Below are positions 28,501 to 37,578 of a stretch of 44,776 nucleotides of DNA, in pieces. Position numbers and translations under genes: made by a program. How positions within the stretch are numbered: position 1 is the first letter of the stretch; each line of letters begins with the position of its first letter. The stretch is from positions 1-44,776 of the IMG/VR virus record IMGVR_UViG_3300048855_000198, one strand, 5' to 3'. Source of the DNA: a virus. Lineage: Duplodnaviria > Caudoviricetes. The notes under the pieces are model-generated. The model saw nothing but the letters and a program-made list of their open reading frames with translations. It had not been told where the DNA came from and ran no database searches.

Positions 28501-29087
28501 GCGTCTTCGTCCCGTGGACCCGGATCGCCGACCTGACGATCCGACCCCGGCTGTTCTCCTCCAATCAGGAGGGCGTGCTCGGCGGCGAGGATCTGCAAAT
28601 CTCGCGGATGGGCGATCGCTTCGCCGTCGACGTCAGCACGACGCAGCTTCGGCAGGATGCCGAAAGCCGCGACCTGATTGGTCTGCTGATGGAGGCGACC
28701 ACGGCCGACGCACGGCTGCAGCTTCGCCTGCCGAACGCCCCTCGCCCGATCGGCAGCGGAATCGTCGCCGACGGCGCCGGGCAGACAGGTTCGACGATCA
28801 ACCTGCGCGGCGCCTACCGGCAGACCGAGTTCGTGCGGCGCTTCTTCAGCATCGTACATGGCGGTGTTCACTACGTCCACATGGTCCGCGGCCGCGCGAT
28901 GGCGGGAGCAGACGGCAAGGTCGCTCTGCCGATCTGGCCGATGCTCCGCTTCGTCACCAGCGACGGCGATGTCTGCCATTTCGATGACCCGATGATCGAG
29001 GGGCAGCTGGCCGGCTTCGACAAGGGTGCCGGGTTCGAACGCAACCGGACCAAGCCGCTCTCCTTCTCCATTCAGGAGCGGAAATGA
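28497..29087 (+). CDS. Distal tail protein-like
   Basis: Directly after TMP; IWPMLR, F.DP.IEG, FSIQE.. ending. Confidence 0.7.
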   Translation: MSVFVPWTRIADLTIRPRLFSSNQEGVLGGEDLQISRMGDRFAVDVSTTQLRQDAESRDLIGLLMEATTADARLQLRLPNAPRPIGSGIVADGAGQTGSTINLRGAYRQTEFVRRFFSIVHGGVHYVHMVRGRAMAGADGKVALPIWPMLRFVTSDGDVCHFDDPMIEGQLAGFDKGAGFERNRTKPLSFSIQERK

Positions 29088-29728
29088 CCTTTCGGCTCAG
29101 CCCTCAGGCATCGGCCGCGCTGCGGTCTGGACAACACCCGCTCGCGCCGCTCGTCGAGGTCGTGCTGCCCGGCTACACCATGCGCCACCTGGTCGGTGCC
29201 GGTGAAGTGCCGTGGGGCGACAAGCTCTTCACCGGCAGCGACGATCTGTTTGGCTCGCTGGTAGCCGCGGGAACGCTGAAGGACGGCGTCGGCGATGAGG
29301 CACCGGATTGGGACCTGACCTTCGTACCGCCCAGCAGCGTCGCCGCGGCCGCGCTCGCCTCCGCGACCGCGCAGGGCGGCAAGGTGCGGGGCTGGCTGGC
29401 GGTTGTTGACCGGGCGACCGGGCAGATCATCCCGGATCCGTTGCAGCTGTTCGCCGGCGAGCTCGACGTGCCGCGCCTGCGGGTCGGCAAGGGCACACGG
29501 TCGGTCGAATGGCGGTGTACTTCGGCGCTAGAGCCATTCCATGATCAGGAGATCGGCGCCCGCCTGTCCGACGCCTGGCACAAGCTGGTGTGGCCGGGCG
29601 AAGCCGGACTGGCCAACATGACCGGGATCGAGCGTACCAGCTATTGGGGCGTGGAGAAGCCGCCCTCAGCGGTGTCGGTGATCAGCGGCAGCACGCGCGC
29701 GAGCTTCCTGGGAGCGATGGGGCTATGA
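29084..29728 (+). CDS. Tail tip/hub protein (gpL-like)
   Basis: Position; LFAGELD, WPGE.GL, YWG motifs. Confidence 0.7.
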   Translation: MTFRLSPQASAALRSGQHPLAPLVEVVLPGYTMRHLVGAGEVPWGDKLFTGSDDLFGSLVAAGTLKDGVGDEAPDWDLTFVPPSSVAAAALASATAQGGKVRGWLAVVDRATGQIIPDPLQLFAGELDVPRLRVGKGTRSVEWRCTSALEPFHDQEIGARLSDAWHKLVWPGEAGLANMTGIERTSYWGVEKPPSAVSVISGSTRASFLGAMGL

Positions 29729-30144
29729 TCGAGATGATCCGGCGTCAACAGGCGGCGCAGGCGGCGGTCGACCGGTTCAAGGGTCAGCCGTGGCAGCTGG
29801 GCAAGAACGACTGCGTCCGCATGGCTGCTTTCGTCCTCCGCAAGATGGGCCACCGCCCTCAACTGGGGAAGGCCGGCAGCTACACCACCGGCGCTGGTGC
29901 CATGCTGGCGCTCAAGCGTGCGGGGCACGACAGCTTGGCCGGCGCGCTGGACGCCTTGGGGCTTGAGCGGATCGCCCCCGCCGCGGCGCGCATCGCCGAC
30001 ATCGTGATGATCCCCGGCGAGGAACCGCTCGACGGCGCCTTGACGATTGCGGTCGGTAATGGCCGGGTGCTCGGCTTCCACGAAGATGTCGGTGCTGCAG
30101 AGATTTTGCAGCCGACCGCCTTCCTCAGCGCTTGGAGGCTTTGA
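29725..30144 (+). CDS. NlpC/P60-like tail assembly protein (gpK/DUF6950-like)
   Basis: PWQLGKNDCVRMAA; ATGA overlap. Confidence 0.75.
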   Translation: MIEMIRRQQAAQAAVDRFKGQPWQLGKNDCVRMAAFVLRKMGHRPQLGKAGSYTTGAGAMLALKRAGHDSLAGALDALGLERIAPAAARIADIVMIPGEEPLDGALTIAVGNGRVLGFHEDVGAAEILQPTAFLSAWRL

Positions 30145-30495
30145 TCAGGCGTTGACGCACTGACGAGTGCGCGCTGCGATCGTCCGCGGCGCGCCGTTGC
30201 TTTTCCCCGTCGCGAATATGGTCAATCGTCGTTTATCGCCGAGGTCTTCAATTACAAATGAGGCTGCAGTCGCGGCCACACCCGCTACTCGATACTTCAT
30301 CTGAAGCTCAGTAGCCGAAGCGGTTTGGCTTTTTCGTATCTCATAGCCCGACGCCTCCGCGAGTCGAAGGGCAACACAGCCGGCCAGATCCTCGACGGGC
30401 CGCGCCGATAGATCAACCGATCTGGGTTCCTTCGGCTTTGCGCCGGCCGGTGCCGCAGCAACGAACGCTGCCGCCATCAAGATCGCATTACGCAT
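30145..30495 (-). CDS. Counter-oriented secreted protein (moron) inside the tail operon
   Basis: AAGGAG RBS; signal peptide MRNAILMAAAFVAAAPAGA; two Cys; visibly more AT-rich than its flanks. Confidence 0.75.
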   Translation of the reverse strand: MRNAILMAAAFVAAAPAGAKPKEPRSVDLSARPVEDLAGCVALRLAEASGYEIRKSQTASATELQMKYRVAGVAATAASFVIEDLGDKRRLTIFATGKSNGAPRTIAARTRQCVNA

Positions 30496-30530
30496 ATCCC
30501 ACTCCTTCAGCGCGCCGGAGGGAATCGCCC

Positions 30531-32822
30531 GTGAAAGCACTCCGAACGGCGGCATTTGTTGTCGGCGCGGTGGCCTTGGTGTCAACCGGCGTCGGTGCGG
30601 CCGTAAGCGCCGGCCTTCTTGGCTCCGTTGCGGCGGGTGCCTCAACGGCGACTTTCCTAGGCGTATCCGCGGCGACCTTCGCTTCCGTTGGTGCAATCGC
30701 TGGCGCGGTGGGTGCCGGTCTCTCACTCGCGTCGGCAATCGCGTCCCCGAAAGGTAGCGTCGGCGGCAACGCTACGCAGTTCAAGATTGACAAGGATGCC
30801 GGCATGCCGGTCGCGATCGGGCGAACGTACAGCGGCGGCAACGTCGTCCACCGCCAATTTTACGGATCCAAAAACAGCCTCGAATCCTGGGTTACGGTCC
30901 ACAGCATCGGCCCGGTCCGCAGCCTCGGTCCGCTGCTCATCAACAAGGTAGCTACCAGCCTCAACGGCACGGCGATCGGCGGCAGCTACGCCGGGTATAT
31001 GTGGCTCGACCAGCAGCTTGGAGCCTGCCCAGAGACGCGCACCATGGCCGGGCCCCAAGGCCCGTTTGCCGGATGGGGATCGTCGAGCAAGCTCTCCGGC
31101 TTGGCGGCCGATCTCTGGACGCTGAAGTTCGACGACAAGGGCAAGGTCTATCCGAACGGCGTGCCGCAGCGCGGTCGCATCGTCGAAGGGGTGTACGTCT
31201 ACGATCCCCGGCTAGACAGCACCTACCCCGGCGGCGGCGCCGGCGCGTGCCGGCTTGGCGAGGAAGCGACCTACGTCTGGTCGGATAATCCCGCCCTGCA
31301 TGCGATCACCTGGGCGTTCGGCCGCTACCAGAACGGCGTGCTGATCGCGGGCGGCGGAATCGGTGCGGACGGTATCGACATGGCGCCGTTCGTCGACTGG
31401 GCGAACGTCTGCGATGCGAACAACTGGAAGGTGGGCGGCATCGTCTACACCACCAGCGACAACAGCTGGGACATCCTCAAGATGATCGCCCAGGCAGGCG
31501 GCGGCGAGGTGTTTCCGGTCGGCGCGCAGCTGTCGTGCAGCTTCAACGCGCCGCGGGTGTCGATCGGCACGATCACGTCAAACGATATCACCGGGGACGT
31601 CGACGTGCCGGGCACGGCCTCGCGCCGTCAGCGCCGGAACACGGTCATTGCGCGCGTCCGCCTTGAAAGCCACGGCTGGGAGGAGGTGCCGCTCGATGCC
31701 ATCGCTATCCCGGACTATGTTACGGCCGATGGCGGCAGCCGACCAAGCGAGATCACCTTTCCACTGGTGCAGCAGGTCGATCAAGGCGCGCAGCTGGGGC
31801 TGTACGAGATCTGGAACGGTCGCGAGCTCGACGGCATCGTCCTGCCGAGCAAGGTCTACGCGATCGGCTACCGCCCCGGCGACTGCCTGACGGTCGACAT
31901 CCCTGACGCCGCCCTCTCGCGCGACATCGTTGTCCGCAACCGTGAGATCGAAGGCAGCAACATGACGGTGACGCTCACGTGCCGGTCCGAGACCTTCGCC
32001 AAACATGCATTCTGCCTCGGCAAGACGGGCGCCGCGCCCCCGACGCCCGACCTTTCGGTTCCAGTCAGCTATCCGGTTCTTCCGGACCGCGCGGCGTTCC
32101 TCATCGTTCGCCAGTCGGTGGCTTACCCGCTGGACAGCACCGTGGATGCGATCATCATTGCGCCGTTCCAGGCAACCATCGACGACGGTCGGTTGCTCGA
32201 CTTCCCCGCGCAAACGATATCCGGCCTTTCCGCGGGCACAACGTACATGGTCCTGTGGGATCTCGCCGCGGCGAAATTCATCGTCGCCCAGGCGCCGGCG
32301 CTCAATGAGACCGCCTCGCCCGCCTACGTGATCATTCGCCAGATGACGACGCTCAATGCCGACGGCACGCCGCCCGCGAGTGAGACACCTCCGGCGGGCG
32401 ACGGCGGCGGGGGCTATGGCGGCGGCGGCTGCCCGGTCACTTCCGCCCGCATCCTGCTCGCCAATACCGAGCGCACTGGCCCCGGCGAGACAATCGCGGT
32501 TGGTGGCATCGAGGCGGGAGCTTGGGTTTGGGCGCAAATGGAGGCGGAAGCTGGCAGCGATCGCTGGGGCGCCTATCAGGTCACCTTCACTCGCGTGTTC
32601 GAAAGCGACCTGTTCGCAATCGACGCACGCCCCCTCACTTCGCCTTCGCACCTCTGGTGGGGGCCGGGCGGCTGGGCGCGAGCAGACGTCGCGGGCAAGC
32701 CGGCCGGCAGCGGCAAGGTCGTCGCGCTCACCGTCGCGCAAGCCCACACCTACGTGCTGGTCGACGATGACGGCAACTGGCTGCTTAGCCACAACAAGCT
32801 GGCGCAGCAGGACGACCGATGA
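30531..32822 (+). CDS. Central tail-tip/host-specificity protein (gpJ-like) with C-terminal Hint domain
   Basis: GGAGGG RBS + GTG; VYDPRLDST, WSDNPAL, RPGD tail motifs; ends GGGGYGGGG-C...SHNK. Confidence 0.88.
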   Translation: MKALRTAAFVVGAVALVSTGVGAAVSAGLLGSVAAGASTATFLGVSAATFASVGAIAGAVGAGLSLASAIASPKGSVGGNATQFKIDKDAGMPVAIGRTYSGGNVVHRQFYGSKNSLESWVTVHSIGPVRSLGPLLINKVATSLNGTAIGGSYAGYMWLDQQLGACPETRTMAGPQGPFAGWGSSSKLSGLAADLWTLKFDDKGKVYPNGVPQRGRIVEGVYVYDPRLDSTYPGGGAGACRLGEEATYVWSDNPALHAITWAFGRYQNGVLIAGGGIGADGIDMAPFVDWANVCDANNWKVGGIVYTTSDNSWDILKMIAQAGGGEVFPVGAQLSCSFNAPRVSIGTITSNDITGDVDVPGTASRRQRRNTVIARVRLESHGWEEVPLDAIAIPDYVTADGGSRPSEITFPLVQQVDQGAQLGLYEIWNGRELDGIVLPSKVYAIGYRPGDCLTVDIPDAALSRDIVVRNREIEGSNMTVTLTCRSETFAKHAFCLGKTGAAPPTPDLSVPVSYPVLPDRAAFLIVRQSVAYPLDSTVDAIIIAPFQATIDDGRLLDFPAQTISGLSAGTTYMVLWDLAAAKFIVAQAPALNETASPAYVIIRQMTTLNADGTPPASETPPAGDGGGGYGGGGCPVTSARILLANTERTGPGETIAVGGIEAGAWVWAQMEAEAGSDRWGAYQVTFTRVFESDLFAIDARPLTSPSHLWWGPGGWARADVAGKPAGSGKVVALTVAQAHTYVLVDDDGNWLLSHNKLAQQDDR

Positions 32823-33493
32823 AGGAGACAGTTCCCCGCATCCAGCGCGTCTACCTTCGCCTCGAGCAGGCAGGCCAAGGGATGATGCGGCTCGCCGGCT
32901 CCCTGACGCCACCTTCGTTCGACGACCCCGTTATGGTTCTGCTCTCGCGCGGCATCATGCCGATGGGGCAACCGGTGAGCATGCTGCTGGTCAGCGACCC
33001 GACCCAGAACGATGCCCTGCGTGGGAAGCCGGGCACCGATGGCCTCGACGGCGCATCGGCGTATCAGATCGCGCGGCAGCAGGGCTATGGCGGCACGATC
33101 ACGCAATGGCTGACCACGCTGATCGGCGCGCCTGGGCAGTCGGCCTATGACCTCGCCCGCGAGCAGGGCTATGCCGGTACCAAGGCGCAATGGCTCGCGA
33201 GCCTTCGGGGTGTTCCCGCCAGCGCGCTGCTTGGCACCGTCACGATCGGACAGAAGGCCACCGTTGCGGTCGCTGCCGGCCCGCGCCGCCTTCTGATCAC
33301 GGTTCCGGCCACCCTCGGCCTGGTAGCGGGCGACAGCCTGACCCTCTGCCCCACACAAGCGGTCGATGGCTACATCATCGGCGACGCGGTCGCCGTCTCT
33401 GCCACATCTCTTAGCGTGGGCTTGTCCGGCCCACTGCTCGCCATCGGCGCGAGCTTTTCGATCAGCTGCAAGCTGTTCCGCCTCAACACCTGA
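32819..33493 (+). CDS. Tail fibre-associated protein with SAY/W.L repeats
   Basis: GASAYQIARQQGYGGT..QWL and GQSAYDLAREQGYAGT..QWL repeats after a short collagen-like GKPGTDGLDG. Confidence 0.75.
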   Translation: MKETVPRIQRVYLRLEQAGQGMMRLAGSLTPPSFDDPVMVLLSRGIMPMGQPVSMLLVSDPTQNDALRGKPGTDGLDGASAYQIARQQGYGGTITQWLTTLIGAPGQSAYDLAREQGYAGTKAQWLASLRGVPASALLGTVTIGQKATVAVAAGPRRLLITVPATLGLVAGDSLTLCPTQAVDGYIIGDAVAVSATSLSVGLSGPLLAIGASFSISCKLFRLNT

Positions 33494-33509
33494 CCCTTCG
33501 GAGATTTGA

Positions 33510-36362
33510 ATGGCAACTGCAGCCTGTCTGCCGATCGCGGCAGACCGAGTGGGCCCATGCGTCCGCAATATCTTCTTCGAAGGCCTGGACCTGACGGGCG
33601 TCCCGCTCGCGCTTGAAGCGCGGTTGCGGCCGGAGACGCCCGGCGCTGCGGCGATCGCGCTCGGCATCGGTGCGACGGCCAACGCTGAAGGGCTGCGGCT
33701 CGCCGGCGTCACCTTCTCGAACGGCGTTCCGACCAGCCAGGTCATCCTGCGGATCAATGAGACGACAATGGAGGACGCCGCCAAGGTGCCCTACGTGGGC
33801 GAGCTCGGCGACGCCTCGACGCTCTTCTACGATCTGATCGGGCTATTCGGGCAGGACAAGCGCCGCCTCTGTTACGGCACGCTGACGGCGCTGCCGACGA
33901 CCTACGGCATGGACGCCGCACCGACCGGTCGTTCCGATGGCACTGGGGCGGCCTATGCTTCAGGATCGACTTGGACCAGCGCGACCCTGACCTTCGGCAA
34001 TGACGATGTCCGCGTCCGTATTGATGGTGCCGACCTCATCTTGCCGGCAGTCGCGCGGGCGGAGGCAGCCGCGACGCAAGCCTCTGCGCTCGGTCCGAAT
34101 GCTCTGCTTCGCACCGGCGTCCCCGTGGCTGCCCTGCCGGTTCAAGAGATCGGGTCCACCGCGCCGACCAGCGGCAACGGTCTGCCGAAGAGCTTTGCCT
34201 ACGGCCTGAACATCCCTGCACCGCAGGCGGGGCAGGTCACCCAAGTGTCCATCCGACGCAACGGGCCGATGACCGGCAAACTCGTCTTCACCGATGCTAA
34301 CGGCAAAGCCCGCTGCGAGGCGCCCTTCGCTGTCGTCGACGCCGGGGATGGCCCGTTGACGGTCGTTCTCGCGACGCCGCTTGCCGTCGAGCAAGGCGAT
34401 TTCGCGCACGTTATCACGCTGACGGGTAACCACCCCTTCTACCAGGTGAATGGAGGCGGCCGTGCCTTCCCGGTCTCCGAATATGCGGGACCGGGCGACG
34501 TGGTGCCTTACACCATGGTCGATCAGACGCTCGCGCTCTCCTACACCTTGAACATGGTGGGTCGGTCGCTGGCGCGCCGGATCGGCGACATCGAACCGCA
34601 GATCGCGCAGGACGGCACCCCCGTGACGCGCGACGCGATGTATTCGACCAACTTCTTCGATCCGGGTGGCGGCTTCACCGGCTGGGGTATCCGGCAGGAC
34701 GCAGGCTATGACCTTCCGGTTGGGATGCAGGTCGACCGCGTCGAGCTTCCGGCATTCCCGGCCGACGTGGCAGCCTACCTTGGCTGGCGGATCGTCCGTC
34801 GCCCGCTGTCCTCAGACGACATCAACTCGGCAGCGCCGTCGGCCACGGACGAGGTTCTGCGCAGCGGCATCTCTCCACTCGCCGACGTGGGCTTGGCTGC
34901 CAACACCCGCGGGCGCGCCATCATCCGCATCGGTGAGGTGATCGCGATCGAGGCGGGCTATGCCTACTACGTGTTCGTCAGCGCCTTCACCGCGGCGCGC
35001 AACCTCACGGCGATGGGCGTCACGTCGATGCCGTCGACCGAAACAGAGCCGCAGCGGCGCGGCATCTATGCGCAAGGCGTGACCGGGTATCAGCCGACCA
35101 CCACAATCGGGGCCGGGTCGAAGCTCGGCATCCGGTTGCGCGGACGGGTGGCGGCTCTCGCCGCAACCTACGACTGGCGGGTCGCTGAAGCCTCTGCGGT
35201 AACGAGCGGACGGGCGGTGACGGTACGCGGCGTGCTCGCGCGCAGCGGCCTGATGCTGCCGTTCACGGCAACGAAGACGCTCGATGCCGCGACAACCTAC
35301 ACCCGCTACGACGTGCTCGCGCTCAACATCGAAGACCTGACGATCAGCGTCCTGAAGGGCGTCGAAGCTCAATACGACGCCGGGGAGCGCATTCCTGCCG
35401 TGACGGATGGGCGCTTGGTTGCGCTCTTCAACTGCCGCACCACGCCGGTGGCCGCTACGCCGGTTGCAGTCTGGGCGATCGAGGACGGGGTGCACCGCGA
35501 CATTGTCGCGCAGGTCGAGGCTGACCGTCGACTATTTCGCCGCGCTATTCCGAAGACGCGAGCAGCTATCGGCGCGGGGAAGCCATTGCGGATCATGTCG
35601 ATCGGCGATTCGATCGGTGCGTTGGACGGTCCGGTAGGCGGGACGCAGAGCGCCACCGCACCGAACGGCCCCAACCGCGATCGGGCGCGCCGTTACCTGA
35701 CTGACGAGGGCGGCACGAGCCCGATCCATATCTCGACCGACCTGGCGAACGCCATTCCCGTGTACACGGCAGTGCAGATCGGACGCCCGGATGACGGCGC
35801 CGGCGCGGCCCACACGAAGTTCGGCGCGATCTGGGAGATGGTGAAGGCTATCGAGGCGCGCGGCCTGCACACGCTGGGCACCAACCTCTGGTACGACAAC
35901 TTCTGCATCGGCGGGAAGTCGAGCAACGATCTGTGGTCGAACGGCGCGCCGACCGCATGGCTCAACGCTGCCGTGGCATACGCTCAGGCGAACGCGGTGA
36001 CGACTGTGGTGCCGCACATGGCGATGAACGACACGACGGCTTCCGTCCCGACCCGCACGAACATGGTCGGCATCATCAGGACGTTCCGGGCGATCGGCGT
36101 CGAGGTGATCGTCCAGGGAGCATGGCGGGCGCGGAACGTCGGTATCGCGGCCAACTGGGAGAACGTCTCCAACCAAGTGCGCGAGGCGGCGATCGAGGCC
36201 GGAGCAGCATTCAACAGCCTCCGACCCATCCTGCTCGACCCGTACATTGGCGCCGTCGGCATCAGCCCCGAGGATCTGACCCCTTCGAATGGCGAGAACC
36301 ACCCCGGCATTGCAGGGCATGCCGCGGCCGGCCGCCTCCTCGCCCGCCTCGTCGTCGAATAA
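33510..36362 (+). CDS. Tail fibre/spike with C-terminal SGNH/GDSL esterase
   Basis: N-terminal adaptor; SIGDSI (block I), IGGKSS (II), AMND (III), ENHP...GH (V). Confidence 0.85.
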   Translation: MATAACLPIAADRVGPCVRNIFFEGLDLTGVPLALEARLRPETPGAAAIALGIGATANAEGLRLAGVTFSNGVPTSQVILRINETTMEDAAKVPYVGELGDASTLFYDLIGLFGQDKRRLCYGTLTALPTTYGMDAAPTGRSDGTGAAYASGSTWTSATLTFGNDDVRVRIDGADLILPAVARAEAAATQASALGPNALLRTGVPVAALPVQEIGSTAPTSGNGLPKSFAYGLNIPAPQAGQVTQVSIRRNGPMTGKLVFTDANGKARCEAPFAVVDAGDGPLTVVLATPLAVEQGDFAHVITLTGNHPFYQVNGGGRAFPVSEYAGPGDVVPYTMVDQTLALSYTLNMVGRSLARRIGDIEPQIAQDGTPVTRDAMYSTNFFDPGGGFTGWGIRQDAGYDLPVGMQVDRVELPAFPADVAAYLGWRIVRRPLSSDDINSAAPSATDEVLRSGISPLADVGLAANTRGRAIIRIGEVIAIEAGYAYYVFVSAFTAARNLTAMGVTSMPSTETEPQRRGIYAQGVTGYQPTTTIGAGSKLGIRLRGRVAALAATYDWRVAEASAVTSGRAVTVRGVLARSGLMLPFTATKTLDAATTYTRYDVLALNIEDLTISVLKGVEAQYDAGERIPAVTDGRLVALFNCRTTPVAATPVAVWAIEDGVHRDIVAQVEADRRLFRRAIPKTRAAIGAGKPLRIMSIGDSIGALDGPVGGTQSATAPNGPNRDRARRYLTDEGGTSPIHISTDLANAIPVYTAVQIGRPDDGAGAAHTKFGAIWEMVKAIEARGLHTLGTNLWYDNFCIGGKSSNDLWSNGAPTAWLNAAVAYAQANAVTTVVPHMAMNDTTASVPTRTNMVGIIRTFRAIGVEVIVQGAWRARNVGIAANWENVSNQVREAAIEAGAAFNSLRPILLDPYIGAVGISPEDLTPSNGENHPGIAGHAAAGRLLARLVVE

Positions 36363-36377
36363 CCGGAGCATCAGCGG

Positions 36378-36911
36378 ATGAACAACAGCAGCTTCGCGGC
36401 TCAGTCGGTCGCGCGCGGCCCGATGACGGTCGCGCCCCCCTCCTTCGACGGGCACGGCTGGCTCGTCGTCCTAAACCTCGCCGGTTTTACCGCGGGCTTC
36501 GTCATCTCGCTGATGCTCGCGCTCAAGATGATGCGGGATATCTGGCGGCATCGCGTCGAGGACAAGCTGTGGCATCCGGTGACGGTGTGGCGCGGGTTCG
36601 GGGGTGCGGTAGCGCTGGCCATGGCGATCCGGTTCGGCCCGGCCGCGATGGTGCTATGGGGATGGGACCCGCAGCAGGCGCACGCGACAGGCTGGCTCCT
36701 CACCTTCCAGCGGTTCACCGATCCGGTCGCCTTCACCTTGGGCCTGCTCGCGCTCGGCCTGTTCGAGATCTCCGGCCGCACAATGGCCGAGCATCTGAAG
36801 CGAGAGCCCCTGCCCACCCGCCTCTGGGCATCCCGGCACCAGCTGAAGCGGCCGGCCTGCATCTTCCTCCTCAGCCTGATCGCGGCGATCGGCGTGGTCT
36901 CCACGCGATGA
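36378..36911 (+). CDS. Multi-TM membrane protein (holin/antiholin candidate)
   Basis: GGAG RBS; about 4 hydrophobic helices; first gene of the lysis cassette. Confidence 0.7.
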   Translation: MNNSSFAAQSVARGPMTVAPPSFDGHGWLVVLNLAGFTAGFVISLMLALKMMRDIWRHRVEDKLWHPVTVWRGFGGAVALAMAIRFGPAAMVLWGWDPQQAHATGWLLTFQRFTDPVAFTLGLLALGLFEISGRTMAEHLKREPLPTRLWASRHQLKRPACIFLLSLIAAIGVVSTR

Positions 36912-37333
36912 TGTGGCGATCGATCGCGACGGTCGGCGCCGTCCTCCCCGCGGCCGCGGCCGCCCTTGCAAGAGACAAGGCGGCGACCGTGACCGAATCC
37001 ACCCCCGTCATCTGGCACTTCGTCGGCTACGCGTTCGAGGCGGGCAGCATGATCGCAGGTCTGTGCGCCTGCCTCGCCGTCCGCTTCTACGTCAGCCAGG
37101 AGGCTCGCAAGGAGCACCGCTGGAACGTCGACCTTCCCGTGTCGGTACTCACCCTGCTGTTCACCGCGGGCATGATCATCCGGCTGCGGCCCGAACCGTT
37201 CTGGGCGCTAGTCTACGGGACCGGCCTCGGCTCGGCCGGCGTGCTGATCATCAGCGCGTGCCTCGCTTGGGTGAAGCGCGGGAGCGACCTGTTCCAACCG
37301 CCCAAGGCGCCCCCGACCAAGCCTGAAGCGTAA
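36908..37333 (+). CDS. Holin-like membrane protein
   Basis: MMWRSIAT...; 3-4 TM helices, basic Pro-rich tail; ATGA overlap; upstream of the endolysin. Confidence 0.65.
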   Translation: MMWRSIATVGAVLPAAAAALARDKAATVTESTPVIWHFVGYAFEAGSMIAGLCACLAVRFYVSQEARKEHRWNVDLPVSVLTLLFTAGMIIRLRPEPFWALVYGTGLGSAGVLIISACLAWVKRGSDLFQPPKAPPTKPEA

Positions 37334-37548
37334 CGCGCTCCGCCGGGCAAGAACAGAACCGGCGGAGCGCGGGCCGACTCGCTCGGGGGTGCGCCGACCA
37401 AGTGCAACCTGATCGCCTGTCGCAGCCAACTCAATCAACAGGATTAGCGCGGCTGATCATCACCTAACGCGCCCCGCGGAACAGTTTGGAGAGAACAGCG
37501 GGGCGCGGCTCGGCTCTCACACGCCGAACTTTCCAAGAGTGCCGAGCC
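37334..37548 (+). other. Structured intergenic region with three hairpins
   Basis: Stems 37334-46/37359-71, 37468-77/37498-507, 37507-14/37541-48. Confidence 0.6.
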
Positions 37549-37578
37549 CGCCAACCTAAATCAAGAGGATGATTCCTT

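Noticed and set aside
32430-32795. Hint domain as a canonical mobile intein
   Set aside because: No homing endonuclease, +1 residue is Lys rather than Cys/Ser/Thr, and only 8 residues follow; better treated as a BIL-type processing domain
35933-36907. N-terminal extension of the 466-aa ORF 35933..37333
   Set aside because: Overlaps the spike and the 36378 gene out of frame; the plausible start is the ATGA-coupled ATG at 36908
37449-37465. Resemblance of GCGGCTGATCATCACCT to the 16S rRNA 3' end
   Set aside because: Short, gapped and lacks the CCTCC anti-SD core; compatible with chance
37479-37496. GAAC...GAAC in a hairpin loop as a LexA box
   Set aside because: Spacer is 10 nt, not the required 7
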